A stretch of 61,574 bases of DNA, the filler included. It is 6 parts of 6 records of this genome, joined end to end, with 100 filler letters (N's around TTAATTAATTAA, not from the genome) between each part and the next. Parts side by side here need not be neighbours in the genome. Positions count along the whole stretch, not along the records: positions 30,886 to 50,047 come from DRR723986_14218; 5 more parts are not named here. The stretch is one strand, 5' to 3'. A program made the position numbers and the translations under genes. The notes under the pieces are model-generated. The model was not told where the DNA came from. It did no database searches and saw only the letters and a program-made list of their open reading frames with translations. Positions within the stretch are counted from its first letter, which is position 1, and each line of letters opens with the position of its first letter. Positions 30,887-41,089 of this stretch are shown one piece after another.

Positions 30887-31015
30887 TTTGAAGGCGACAG
30901 CCATGTGGAATGGTTCGAAGGCAACTTCGAAGACTACGAAAAGGACAAGGTCCGCCGCCTTGGCGCACATGCCGCCGACCCGCGCCGGATCAAGTACAAG
31001 CCGCTTACGCGCTAA
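30887..31015 (+). CDS. ettA: C-terminal fragment of energy-dependent translational throttle EttA (not in ORF track)
   Basis: Own translation FEGDSHVEWFEGNFEDYEKDKVRRLG...RIKYKPLTR* aligns with the C-terminus of the EttA at 57007-58677. Confidence 0.9.
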   Translation, partial: FEGDSHVEWFEGNFEDYEKDKVRRLGAHAADPRRIKYKPLTR

Positions 31016-31066
31016 GCGAACGGCCTGGGAGCTGAAATGGGGGGCGTGCCCCCTGTTTCCCGAATG

Positions 31067-31099
31067 TGCCGGCCCTGGAAACGGGCCGGCATCTTTTTT
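31067..31099 (+). terminator. rho-independent terminator
   Basis: TGCCGGCCC-TGGAAAC-GGGCCGGCA-TCTTTTTT. Confidence 0.75.
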
Positions 31100-31155
31100 G
31101 CCCGGCGGTATTAACCGGCCACCGGCAATTTTTGTCCTTGCGAGCGGCACAAGGC

Positions 31156-32118
31156 ATGTTCCACAGAACTCTCGTCTGTCTGTTTGCGGCCTTCGCTATC
31201 GCCGTTCTCGCCTCGTTTCTGGCGGCAGCTGGCTGGCCCGTCGATCTGCTGGCTCATTTTCAGACCCAATACGTTCTTGCCGGACTGCTGTTTGCTGCAG
31301 GGTTCGTCTTCTTCCGGAACTGGAACATGGCGGCACTGGCTATCTGCCTGTCGGTGGTCGCTCTCATGCGCATGGGCATCTTCGACAACGGACGCTTTGC
31401 CCCAACCGCCAATGCGGCAGAACCGGCGATCAGCGTCGTCACCGCAAATCTCTTCGGCAGCGCCGCAGCGCTCGGCAATCTGGTTGAGGAAAACAGCGCC
31501 CGCGGCTTCGATCTCATGATCCTCACGGAGCTACCGGTACCAGCCGACCAAGGGCTGCTCGACCGGTTTGAAGGCATGCTGCATGTGGCCGGAACGCGCC
31601 ATCAGGCGCTTGGTGGACGTCCCGCCGCAGTTATCCTCTCGCGCACTGCGCCGCACAGCGTTGAACTGATCCCTGTTGGCGGGAACCCATACGCGATTAC
31701 GAAAGCGATTTACTGCGGTATGCAGGCGGAGCCCTGTGTGAGTGTCCTTGCAGTTCACACACTGCCGCCTTTCAGGCGTGACTTCTATCTGCACCAGGCG
31801 GACATCCTTCAGAAGCTTGCATCCGAAGTGTCGAGGACGCCGGGACCTGTTCTTGTTGCCGGCGACATGAACGCCGCCTCCTGGGCACCGCTGCTGAAAC
31901 GGTTTCAGGAAACGGCAGGGGTGCGCAAGGCAGTCTGCGGCAGCCGTTGGACCCCGACATGGCTTGCCCCTGTTCCGGGTATCGGACTCGAACTCGACCA
32001 TTTTTTCGTCAGGAGCGGGCTTGCGGTCAAAAACTGCGAACTCGGACACTTCAACGGTTCCGATCACTGGCCGGTCTTTGCCGAATTCACGGTTGTCGAC
32101 GGCAAGTCGTCCGACTGA
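31156..32118 (+). CDS. endonuclease/exonuclease/phosphatase family protein with N-terminal TMs
   Basis: TANL, LTE, H..PP, AGDMN, PTW, LDH, SDH.P. Confidence 0.88.
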   Translation: MFHRTLVCLFAAFAIAVLASFLAAAGWPVDLLAHFQTQYVLAGLLFAAGFVFFRNWNMAALAICLSVVALMRMGIFDNGRFAPTANAAEPAISVVTANLFGSAAALGNLVEENSARGFDLMILTELPVPADQGLLDRFEGMLHVAGTRHQALGGRPAAVILSRTAPHSVELIPVGGNPYAITKAIYCGMQAEPCVSVLAVHTLPPFRRDFYLHQADILQKLASEVSRTPGPVLVAGDMNAASWAPLLKRFQETAGVRKAVCGSRWTPTWLAPVPGIGLELDHFFVRSGLAVKNCELGHFNGSDHWPVFAEFTVVDGKSSD

Positions 32119-32246
32119 TCTTCGGCGGTAAGCCTGCGTCCACCCGGTCAAAGCGCCATGGACACGAGACAATGCAGTCCGCATAAAAGATTTCCATTCA
32201 GAACGTCGGGGTTTTTGCCCTGAAGAGCCGGGTTCAAGTCAGACAG

Positions 32247-34346
32247 ATGCTGCAAGCCGCTTCGGACATAAAGACAAGTCTCCTGCGCACGGATCCCGGC
32301 GGCCTGCGGCTGATGCGCGGCGTTCATCTGATGCTGACCGTGCTCGGAGCGATCTTCCTGGCAAATGTCGTGGCAAGCTTCGTGCCCGGTCAGTCGGCCT
32401 TCAAACTGGCCGTTCTGGCAGCCGCGAGCGGCGGCCACTGCCTGATGTTCACGCCGGTCTCCACCAGAAAGGCCGAGGTCCTAGGTATCCTGAAGCTTGG
32501 AGTTCTGCTGACGTCCCTGTTTGCTCTTGGGGCTGTTGTCGCCGAGATGTCGGGGAAAAGCGCCTCAACCGTTCTGCAAGGGATCTGGATCGCCGCGATC
32601 ATGCTCGGCTTTGCCATGCAGGGGCTTGGTCCCTTCTGGCAACGCGCTGGGCGCAGCATGGCGATTTGCTGGCTTTTCGTGGTCCTCGGCAACGTCGGAG
32701 GATCGCCCGGCCTCTGGCTTCCGGTCATGGCGGTGCTTGGAATGGTGACAGCGCTCGTGGTTCGCACAGGGCCCTGGCGGCCTTCGACATACCGAACCTA
32801 CCTGCGGGTCGAAGCTGCAAATCGTCAGGCGATGGCAACCTATCTGAGGCAGCTGTCAGGCCGGGCGACCGGTTCGTCCGGCGATGCGGCCGTTCGGATC
32901 AGGGATCTGGCGAAGCTGCGCATGGAGCTTCAGGTCTGTGCCGATCTGCTCAGACCGGAAGGTGAGTTGCAGGGCATGTCGCCGGAAGCGGCTATCATGG
33001 TGGAACTTGCTCTGGAAGTGGTGGGCGATGCGCGCGACCAGCTGTCCCGGGACGCACGCACCCGACTGGCACAAGATGACGGCTTTCGCCGTGCGGTCGA
33101 CCGGCTTGTCCATCGCCTTGAAACCGGTGAGGGCGTTCCGGAAGAGAGCGATGTCGGGGAAGGCAAAACCGGCGAAAGCGCACCTGCCGCGAGCTGGCTG
33201 CAGGCCGATGCGGCAGTAACGGCACATGACCGGTTTCAGGAATTGCGCATTGCCCAGGCTTTCAAGCGTCTGTGGCTGCTGGCGGCAAAAGACCAGCCGG
33301 TTCGCCAGAGCCTCGTTACGGATGACGACAGCCGCGAGGGCGGCTGGTTGCGGAAGCTTTCCTGGCGCTTGTCACTTCAGGCAGGTGTCGCAGCCGGGAT
33401 CGGCTTTTCCCTTGGGCTCGCGTTCGATCTCAATCACGCCTATTGGGTCACGCTCACCATCATCATCGTGCTGTCGAACAGCCTCGGGGCGACACTGCTC
33501 CGAACCGCACAGCGGATCGGCGGGACGGCGGGCGGCGTTGTTCTGGCCATGCTGGTCGACCCGGCCTTGGCGGAGTTTCCGTCCGTCAGGCTGGTACTGG
33601 TTGTCATTGCCATACCCGGGGTCATCGTTTTCCTCGACCGCAATTACGCCATCGCCTCCGGTATCATCAGTTTCCTGGTGGTCATGGGGCTTCAGACGCT
33701 TGAAGGTCTGCCCATCGATGAACTCTGGTCGCGTCTCTATGACACGATGATTGGCGCAGGCGTGGGGCTTGCCGCGGCATGGCTGCTGTTTCCCAACCGC
33801 ACTGGCGCAAGCTTCAAGGAGCTGGCGTCCGATTACCTCAACGCCTGCCGAAGTTGCCTGCGTGCGCAAGGCGGCAAGGCGGATACGGACCTTCAGGATC
33901 TCGCCCGGCTTCGAACGGCAGCGAGCACGCTGATCGCCACCGCCAGGTCCTATCGGATCGAGCAAGCTCCCTGGTCGTCGTTCACACGCTCCGCCAGTGA
34001 CCTCAACGTGCTGGTAATCGTGCTGGCCCAATACGTGGTGCTTTACCGCGAAGCCCGTTCGGACGTCACGCGGGAAACGGTGGAAGCTCAGGCCAGGTCG
34101 GGGATAGAGGCGCTTGTCGTTCGCATGGACAAGCGTCTGGAAGATGAGTTCTCGGCTGTCCTGGATGGACGCCCGAGGCAGACCGTCCCGGGCCTGGAGG
34201 ATGACTGGATGACAGCCATGCCCGAGGGCGCAACAGGCAATCTTGCGCTGGAAACCGGTTGGGTCGCGATGCTCTACCACGCGCGGAAAATCGTCCGATG
34301 CCTGGACGGCTTGCGCAAAGAGAAATTCCTCTCCGAGCCAACCTGA
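32247..34346 (+). CDS. FUSC family (aromatic acid exporter-like) membrane protein
   Basis: Two TM clusters; HAYWV.LT, QRIGGT..G, RLYDT.IG. Confidence 0.85.
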   Translation: MLQAASDIKTSLLRTDPGGLRLMRGVHLMLTVLGAIFLANVVASFVPGQSAFKLAVLAAASGGHCLMFTPVSTRKAEVLGILKLGVLLTSLFALGAVVAEMSGKSASTVLQGIWIAAIMLGFAMQGLGPFWQRAGRSMAICWLFVVLGNVGGSPGLWLPVMAVLGMVTALVVRTGPWRPSTYRTYLRVEAANRQAMATYLRQLSGRATGSSGDAAVRIRDLAKLRMELQVCADLLRPEGELQGMSPEAAIMVELALEVVGDARDQLSRDARTRLAQDDGFRRAVDRLVHRLETGEGVPEESDVGEGKTGESAPAASWLQADAAVTAHDRFQELRIAQAFKRLWLLAAKDQPVRQSLVTDDDSREGGWLRKLSWRLSLQAGVAAGIGFSLGLAFDLNHAYWVTLTIIIVLSNSLGATLLRTAQRIGGTAGGVVLAMLVDPALAEFPSVRLVLVVIAIPGVIVFLDRNYAIASGIISFLVVMGLQTLEGLPIDELWSRLYDTMIGAGVGLAAAWLLFPNRTGASFKELASDYLNACRSCLRAQGGKADTDLQDLARLRTAASTLIATARSYRIEQAPWSSFTRSASDLNVLVIVLAQYVVLYREARSDVTRETVEAQARSGIEALVVRMDKRLEDEFSAVLDGRPRQTVPGLEDDWMTAMPEGATGNLALETGWVAMLYHARKIVRCLDGLRKEKFLSEPT

Positions 34347-34481
34347 AAAGAGCCGTATCCGGTTCAAATCTCGAGCGCAGCGGATCGATCTTTCGCGCTT
34401 ATGAAAACATCAATGAGTTTTGTTGGTCAGGAAGGCGCCTGCGCCCTAGCATCGCCTCTCGACTGCGACAGGAGACCCCGC

Positions 34482-35099
34482 ATGACAAACCAGCTCCAGC
34501 TTCTTGCCGATGACTTTCGGATTACGCCTGCATTCAGGACAAGTGGCAAGGTGGAGGGCGTCTTCAGGACAGTCTCTGCGGACGACTTCAGGACCACTGC
34601 AACGGATGCTTTGGAGATGACGTTTGAAGGCATTTCGGGAGACCGGCATGGCGGATACACCCGGAGGTCCGGTGGCCGCGAACCCTGGTATCCGCGTGGC
34701 ACGGAAATGTGCAATGAGCGCCAGATATCCATCCTGTCCACCGAGGAACTTTCGTTGATTGCCACTCGCATGGAGGTTGCCGAACTGAAAGCTGAATGGA
34801 TCGGCGGCAACATTACCTTGTCCGGCATTCCCAACCTTACGATGGTGCCACCGCGCACCCGGCTGGTGTTCGAGGGGGGTGTGGTTATTCGTGTGGACGG
34901 TGACAACAAACCCTGCCGTTTCGCAGGCGAGGCGATCGCCGAAGCCAATCCCGGCCGGGAAGGGCTGGACCTGTTGTTCCCGCAAAAGGCAAAGCGCCTG
35001 CGAGGCCTTGTTGGCTATGTCGAAATCCCGGGGAAGGTTGCGGCGGGCGAGGTGGTCACCGCTCATGTTCCCGAACAGTGGATCTACGAGCGCATCTAA
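34482..35099 (+). CDS. MOSC domain protein
   Basis: GISGDRH, NERQISILS.EEL, GGNI, N.PC, LRG; ATG after AGGAG. Confidence 0.88.
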   Translation: MTNQLQLLADDFRITPAFRTSGKVEGVFRTVSADDFRTTATDALEMTFEGISGDRHGGYTRRSGGREPWYPRGTEMCNERQISILSTEELSLIATRMEVAELKAEWIGGNITLSGIPNLTMVPPRTRLVFEGGVVIRVDGDNKPCRFAGEAIAEANPGREGLDLLFPQKAKRLRGLVGYVEIPGKVAAGEVVTAHVPEQWIYERI

Positions 35100-35192
35100 A
35101 TTTAAGGCTCGCAGCGAGGGAAACCTGTTTCCCGAGGTGCCAGACATTCTCTAGTCTGGATGCTCTGTAATAACCTTCCAACAGGAGCCTCC

Positions 35193-35585
35193 ATGCTGCC
35201 GATCCACCACATGATCGACCAGGCGCCACAGCCGGTCGCGCCATTCTCCCATGCCGTCGAAATTGACGGCTGGGTGTTTGTAACCGGCCAGATGCCGACA
35301 CTGCCGGACGATCCGGACGCCCCGCTGCCGGAAGGCATAGAGGCGCAGACTGTGCGGGTGATGGAAAACCTGAAGCTCGTTCTGGGCGGCCTCGGGCTCG
35401 GCCTTGAAAACACGACTTTCATTCGTGTCTATCTGACTGAATTCAAGCGCGATTATCAGGCTATGAACGACACCTACCGGTCATTTTTCGAACCCGGTAA
35501 ATTGCCGGGGCGTACCTGTATTGGCGTGTCGGGCCTTGCCGTCGATGCGCTGGTCGAGATCGATCTGATCGCCCGGCGGCCGTAA
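35193..35585 (+). CDS. RidA/YjgF family protein
   Basis: PVAPFSHAV, TGQMP, LPGRTCIGV, VEID. Confidence 0.92.
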   Translation: MLPIHHMIDQAPQPVAPFSHAVEIDGWVFVTGQMPTLPDDPDAPLPEGIEAQTVRVMENLKLVLGGLGLGLENTTFIRVYLTEFKRDYQAMNDTYRSFFEPGKLPGRTCIGVSGLAVDALVEIDLIARRP

Positions 35586-35654
35586 CGGCCGGCCGCCCGC
35601 AATTCACATCCCGGGTCGTGTGTGATGGGCACGGATCCGCTTTAAGCGCCGATG

Positions 35655-35978
35655 TCAGTCCTCGGTTGGGGAGGTATCGTCAGCTTCCAGGCGTTTCGCG
35701 CATCCCCAGGAGCTCAGAACGTCATTCATTTCGTCCAATACGAAGAACCGGGCAGCGTCATGGTCATAACCTTCGTCCAGTAACGTATCGTAGTCGGTCA
35801 GGGCGTGCCGGACATGACTGGTGGTGGCCTGCCAAAGGGCAATGCCGGGCGGCAGATGGCGCAGGTGTCCGGCGAGCGCAACTTCGAGAATGGCTTCCGC
35901 ATCTGAAAAGGGAACGCGCGGCAGCAGGACCCGCAAGGCCTTGCGCATGTCTTTTTGCCGCTTGGTGCCGCCGGTCAT
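35655..35978 (-). CDS. DUF2293 protein
   Basis: HVRHALTDYD.LL.EG...DAARFFV...L..WG. Confidence 0.8.
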   Translation of the reverse strand: MTGGTKRQKDMRKALRVLLPRVPFSDAEAILEVALAGHLRHLPPGIALWQATTSHVRHALTDYDTLLDEGYDHDAARFFVLDEMNDVLSSWGCAKRLEADDTSPTED

Positions 35979-36072
35979 GAACAGGTCCCGGTTTTTCATG
36001 GTTGAGACCGGAGAGGTAAACAAATCCCGGACGGATTAGAAGAGGTCTGGTGGAATTGGTCCGGATCGCCGG

Positions 36073-38082
36073 TCAGGCGCGGAAGAACTGAAAGCTGCTG
36101 GCCCCGGCAGTGCCGGACAGGGGAAGCCCTGCAACCCTTCCGTTTTCCCTGGCATCGGCAAGAAGGTCCTCGAAAGGCAGGGGAGCGCTGAAATGGTATC
36201 CCTGGACCAAACGGCAGTGCATCGCTTCCAGAAGTTCCAACTGGTTGCTTTCTTCAACGCCTTCCACCACGCACTGCATCTTCATGGACCGGCACAGGTT
36301 GACGATGGAGGTCACGACGCCGCTCGCGATCGGGTCCTTGATACCGGCAACGAAACTGCGGTCGATCTTGACGCAGTCGATAGGCAGCCGGTGCAGGTAG
36401 CCAAGGCTGGAATAACCGGTGCCGAAGTCATCCAGCGCGAGTTTGACACCGGCATTTCGAAGAACCTGCAGACAGGTTTCTGCCGCTTCATAACTGCCGA
36501 TCACGGAAGTCTCGGTAATTTCGAAGGTGATCTGCCGCGGGTCTATCGCCGTGCGGCGGATGATCTCGAGCAGCGCAGCCACGGTCTCGGCGGAGGTGAC
36601 GTCATGTGCGGACAGATTGAAGGACAGCGAAAGCGTCCCGGGCAGGGCCTTGATCTGCTCGACCGCCTTTTCGAACAGCGACAGGGTCAGCCTGTGGATC
36701 AGGCCGGCGCGCTCGGCAATGGGAATGAACTTGTCGGGGGCAATCCTGCCAAGCTGCGGGTTGTCCCACCGCGCCAACGCTTCGAAGCCGACAACGAACC
36801 GTTCCGGCAACTGGACAACAGGCTGGAAATAGACCTGGAATTCGCTGGCAAGATCTGCGCTTTGAAGCGCGGCCTCAATGGCCCGTTCCGAGCGGATGCG
36901 GGCTTCATGTTCAGCCGAATAGACCGTCGTCCGGCCGCGCAGGCTGGTCTTGGAATTGTAAAGGGCGTAGTCGGACCGGTCGAACAGAACATGGGCAGAA
37001 GTGCCGGCGTCAGGATAGAACGCAATGCCGCAGGACGCGCCAACGGAAACCTGCAGTTCACCGATCCGATAGGGGCGGCTGATCAGTTCGCAAATAGACT
37101 GCCCCGTCGAGGCTGCCTCGTAGATGTCTCCGAGATAAAGGAAACCGAACTCGTCGCCGCCGAGACGGCAGATCTCGACATTCGGCAGTCCAAGGCTTTT
37201 CAGGCGCGAGCCGACTTCCATCAGCAATTGGTCGCCCAACTGGTGGCCATAGGTGTCGTTGATGGGCTTGAACCGGTCCAGGTCGACGACGCCGACGGCA
37301 AACTGCCGGTCCGTGCCTTCCACTTCGCTGATCAGGGCTTCAAGCCGGTTGAAGAAATAGCGTCGGTTCGGCAGGTCGGTAAGCGCGTCGGTTTGGGCAA
37401 GCTTGGAGTTTTCTGCGTTGAGACGCTCCGTTTCTTTCTGTTTGGCGGCCAGGTCCGATTGCGATTCAATCAGTTTACAGAACCCTCGATAGCCGTTCAG
37501 AAGAACCTGCAGGACGACCAGGCACACCAGGAAGATATTGAGCCCTATGGCAATGTAGACGTCCTGATTCTGGCCGAGATAGTGCACCAGATAAGGGATC
37601 GTCACGATCACCATGACCATCAGGGCAGCCTGCGGCAGATGCATCAGACAGAAGATGCAGCCGATGACGGTGATGGCGATGAAAAGCGCCACATGACCGC
37701 GCTCCGCAGGTCCGCCATAGCCGTCCAGGCTCAGCGACCAGGCAATGTAGATGACGGACACCAGACTGCCGAGAATGACGGTCTGCCGCATCTTGCTGAT
37801 CGCTTCTTGCGGTGTCGGGTCAACTTTGCGGGCGCGTATCCAGGCCACCATGCGAAAGGTCGTGATCAAGAGGATCGGCGCAAGAATTCCGACGGTCAGA
37901 TAAGTCGGCGCGATATCGAAATGAGTATAGGCAACGGCAACCGCATTGACCATGAGGAGGGCATAGAGCGACGGAATCTGGGTCTTGAGCTCATTGTACT
38001 GAGCTTGTGCAATTTCCGGATGGCGAGGATCGATCATCATCCATCTCAGGAAAGCCCTGATTTTTTCCATCATTTTCTCCAT
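36073..38082 (-). CDS. membrane-bound diguanylate cyclase/phosphodiesterase (GGDEF-EAL)
   Basis: N-terminal TMs; intact GGDEF, FEALARW, DDFGTGYSSL. Confidence 0.95.
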   Translation of the reverse strand: MEKMMEKIRAFLRWMMIDPRHPEIAQAQYNELKTQIPSLYALLMVNAVAVAYTHFDIAPTYLTVGILAPILLITTFRMVAWIRARKVDPTPQEAISKMRQTVILGSLVSVIYIAWSLSLDGYGGPAERGHVALFIAITVIGCIFCLMHLPQAALMVMVIVTIPYLVHYLGQNQDVYIAIGLNIFLVCLVVLQVLLNGYRGFCKLIESQSDLAAKQKETERLNAENSKLAQTDALTDLPNRRYFFNRLEALISEVEGTDRQFAVGVVDLDRFKPINDTYGHQLGDQLLMEVGSRLKSLGLPNVEICRLGGDEFGFLYLGDIYEAASTGQSICELISRPYRIGELQVSVGASCGIAFYPDAGTSAHVLFDRSDYALYNSKTSLRGRTTVYSAEHEARIRSERAIEAALQSADLASEFQVYFQPVVQLPERFVVGFEALARWDNPQLGRIAPDKFIPIAERAGLIHRLTLSLFEKAVEQIKALPGTLSLSFNLSAHDVTSAETVAALLEIIRRTAIDPRQITFEITETSVIGSYEAAETCLQVLRNAGVKLALDDFGTGYSSLGYLHRLPIDCVKIDRSFVAGIKDPIASGVVTSIVNLCRSMKMQCVVEGVEESNQLELLEAMHCRLVQGYHFSAPLPFEDLLADARENGRVAGLPLSGTAGASSFQFFRA

Positions 38083-38388
38083 TGATATTTCTTCTAATCA
38101 AAATGAGATAAAGAATTGTTATGAAGGCGACTTCCCTGACTTTGCGTCGCATTGGGGTTCTTGAAGAGTTAAAGCGCCTATGGGAAATGCTGACGCGACG
38201 GTTATAAAATATTTCAAAGCGGAAACCGCGTGATCAAGCGATCAGGAGGTAATCTGGACTGGCACCGGACAACGGTTCATCGCAGGATATTATAGTGACA
38301 TTTCTTGCATGCTCCCGCCACGCTTGGCAAATAAACGTGACTGCCAAGGCAGGCTTGTTGGCGGGAAATGCTCTGGTCGCTTCACAAT

Positions 38389-38415
38389 AAGATAAGCAGA
38401 CTATTTTTTTATCTT
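38389..38415. promoter_or_regulatory. candidate operator, inverted repeat AAGATAA-N13-TTATCTT
   Basis: Perfect 7-bp inverted repeat 23 nt upstream of the regulator ATG. Confidence 0.4.
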
Positions 38416-38438
38416 TGAAATACGCTATATAGACGGCT

Positions 38439-39065
38439 ATGGCAGATCGTACTCGAACCCGGCTTTTGAACGCGCTGAAATCCTCCGGCCCACAGACTGC
38501 GGCAGATCTTGCCAGCGGGCTGAAGGTGACGTCAGTGGCTGTTCGCCAGCATCTGGACGGCCTGTTGCAGGACGGACTGGTGGACTTCGACGATCAGAAA
38601 GGTTCGGTCGGCCGGCCCAAGCGAGTCTGGGACCTGACACCGGACGGGCACAAGCGGTTTCCCGACAATCATTCCAACCTGGTGCTCGGATTGATTTCCG
38701 GCCTGAACGATATTTTCGGCGGAGAAGGTGTCGACAAGCTGATTGCCCACCGTGAAGCGCAAAGCCGGAAATCCTATACCGAAGCGGTTGGCAAGGCGCC
38801 GGATCTGCACGGCAAGCTGGAAGTGCTTGCCGACCTGCGCAACCGGGAAGGCTACATGGCCGACCTTGTTCCCGAAGGGGCAGGCTATCTGTTGATCGAA
38901 AATCACTGTTCGATCTGTGCCGCGGCAACGGCCTGCCAGGGGTTCTGCCGGTCGGAACTCAATCTTTTCAAGGATGTACTTGGGCCAAGTGTCTCGGTCG
39001 AACGTACCGAACATCAGCTCTCGGGCGGTCGTCGCTGTGTTTACAGGATTGAGCCAGCGGCCTGA
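38439..39065 (+). CDS. ArsR/SufR-like HTH metalloregulator with Cys-rich C-domain
   Basis: HTH VAVRQHL..L, GRP, ENHCSIC...C..FC..E, RRC.Y. Confidence 0.85.
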   Translation: MADRTRTRLLNALKSSGPQTAADLASGLKVTSVAVRQHLDGLLQDGLVDFDDQKGSVGRPKRVWDLTPDGHKRFPDNHSNLVLGLISGLNDIFGGEGVDKLIAHREAQSRKSYTEAVGKAPDLHGKLEVLADLRNREGYMADLVPEGAGYLLIENHCSICAAATACQGFCRSELNLFKDVLGPSVSVERTEHQLSGGRRCVYRIEPAA

Positions 39066-39089
39066 TCAGTCGCTGGTCTCAGTCGAGGA

Positions 39090-40982
39090 GTGTTTTGCGT
39101 GTCAATCGCCAGGCCGCTGCTTGCGCGGCTCATCGATCGGTATTTCCATCCGTTCGAAACCCACATCAAACCGCTGGAACTGCCTGTCACGCCTCTTCCG
39201 GATGAAGGGCCGCTGAAGCTGGTCTGGCATTTCGCGATGATGTTCCGCTGGCAACTGGTAATCGTTTCCTGCCTGGCGATGATCTCCTCCGGGCTGGGTC
39301 TTGCGGGCATCTGGGCGATAGCTTTCGTGGTCGACGGTGTGACCGAGGCAGGGGCGCAGGCGTTTCTGAAAGACAACCTCACCATCCTGGCCGGTTTCTT
39401 CCTCCTCTTCGTGATTATTGATCCACTCGCCTTTCTCCTGCGCCAGACCTTTGCCTTCCAGACCGTGCGCATTCTTCTGCCGGCGGCAATGCGCTGGCAG
39501 GCACACAAGGCCGTGGAAGCACAGGACCTGGCTTTCTTTGAGGACACATTCGCAGGTCAGGTTGCCTCCCGCATTGCCCAGGTCACCATGTCGGTCCACC
39601 GTCAGATGATGCTGTCCATCGAGACGGTTCCGTTCCTGGTCATTCAGTTTGGCGGATCGTTCCTGTTGCTTCTGGCCATGGCCTGGCCGCTGGCCATTCC
39701 GGTATTGTTCTGGATCTGCGCGAATATCCTCGTCGCCTGGTTGGCGATCCCGGCCTATCTGCAGCGTTCTGCCAAGGTGGCGGCGGCAAATTCCAAGGCC
39801 ACCGGCGCGATGACAGACGTTTATTCCAACATCGCGATGGTCAAACTGTTTGCGGCGGAAGATTCGGAAGCCGGTGCCATTCGCAAGGTTATCGGCGAAA
39901 CAATCGACACCAGGCACAGTGAGAACCGGTCCTATATCCTGACCGACAGCGGCGTCTATTTTCTGAACGTGCTGCTGATCCTGGCTGTGGTGGTCATTGG
40001 CTTTTGGGGCATGATGAAGGGGTGGGTCTCGATTGGCGACTTTGTCGCCGGGCTGACCGTCACACGCTCGCTGTCCCACGCTTCATCCAGCTTCATAGGG
40101 ATCGGACAGTCGATCACCAGCACGCTCGGTACGATCCGCGATGCCATGCCGATCATGACGAGCCGGCCGGCAATCATCGACCAGCCGGATGCCGGCGAGC
40201 TGAATGTCAGCGCCGGGGAAATCCGCTTCGACAACGTGTCCTTTGCCTATCAGAGCGACCGCAAGCCGGTCCTGGACAAGTTCGATTTGATCATCAAGCC
40301 GGGTGAGCGTGTCGGTCTGGTTGGCCTGTCCGGTGCCGGCAAATCGACCGCTGTGTCTTTGCTGATGCGCTTGCGGGACGTGACCGAAGGCCGGATTTCG
40401 ATCGACGGGCAGGACGTGCGCGATGTCACCCAGGCATCTCTGCGCAGCCGGATCGGCGTTGTCACCCAGGACATCTCCCTTTTGAACCGGTCGATCCGCG
40501 ACAACATTCGCTATGGCAGGCCGGAAGCCACCGACGACGAGATCCGTGCGGTTGCCCGTGCTGCCGAAGCGCTCGATTTCATTGAGGAGCAGAAGGACAG
40601 CAAGGGTCGGACGGGGTTGGATGCCCATGTGGGCGATCGCGGTGTCAAACTATCCGGCGGTCAGCGCCAACGCATCACGATCGCCAGGGTGCTTTTGAAA
40701 GATGCGCCGATCCTGATCCTCGATGAGGCAACCTCTGCCCTGGATAGTGAAGCCGAGCTTGCCATTCAGCAGAACCTCACCCGCATGATGGAAGGGCGCA
40801 CCACGCTGGCCGTTGCCCACCGTCTGTCGACCATTGCCGCAATGGACCGGCTCGTGGTGATGGATCAGGGCCGGATTGCGGAAGAAGGTACACACCGCGA
40901 GCTGCTTGCCTCCGGTGGTCTTTACGCTGCGCTTTGGGAACGTCAATCAGGTGGTTTCCTGGCGCTCAGCGCTGCTGAATAG
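39090..40982 (+). CDS. ABC exporter, fused permease/ATPase
   Basis: About 6 TMs, GLSGAGKST, LSGGQRQR, ILILDEATSALD, AHRLST. Confidence 0.93.
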   Translation: MFCVSIARPLLARLIDRYFHPFETHIKPLELPVTPLPDEGPLKLVWHFAMMFRWQLVIVSCLAMISSGLGLAGIWAIAFVVDGVTEAGAQAFLKDNLTILAGFFLLFVIIDPLAFLLRQTFAFQTVRILLPAAMRWQAHKAVEAQDLAFFEDTFAGQVASRIAQVTMSVHRQMMLSIETVPFLVIQFGGSFLLLLAMAWPLAIPVLFWICANILVAWLAIPAYLQRSAKVAAANSKATGAMTDVYSNIAMVKLFAAEDSEAGAIRKVIGETIDTRHSENRSYILTDSGVYFLNVLLILAVVVIGFWGMMKGWVSIGDFVAGLTVTRSLSHASSSFIGIGQSITSTLGTIRDAMPIMTSRPAIIDQPDAGELNVSAGEIRFDNVSFAYQSDRKPVLDKFDLIIKPGERVGLVGLSGAGKSTAVSLLMRLRDVTEGRISIDGQDVRDVTQASLRSRIGVVTQDISLLNRSIRDNIRYGRPEATDDEIRAVARAAEALDFIEEQKDSKGRTGLDAHVGDRGVKLSGGQRQRITIARVLLKDAPILILDEATSALDSEAELAIQQNLTRMMEGRTTLAVAHRLSTIAAMDRLVVMDQGRIAEEGTHRELLASGGLYAALWERQSGGFLALSAAE

Positions 40983-41089
40983 GGTCTGATGAAAGGCTCC
41001 CTGCTTGAGTGAACTCCCCACAGGCTGGTGCTTCGGGAAAATGTCAGCTTGTGTTGATTTTCCGAAATCCGGCTGACAATACTCCTCCC

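Noticed and set aside
36193-38085. 630-aa + strand ORF
   Set aside because: Shadow of the GGDEF-EAL gene on the minus strand.
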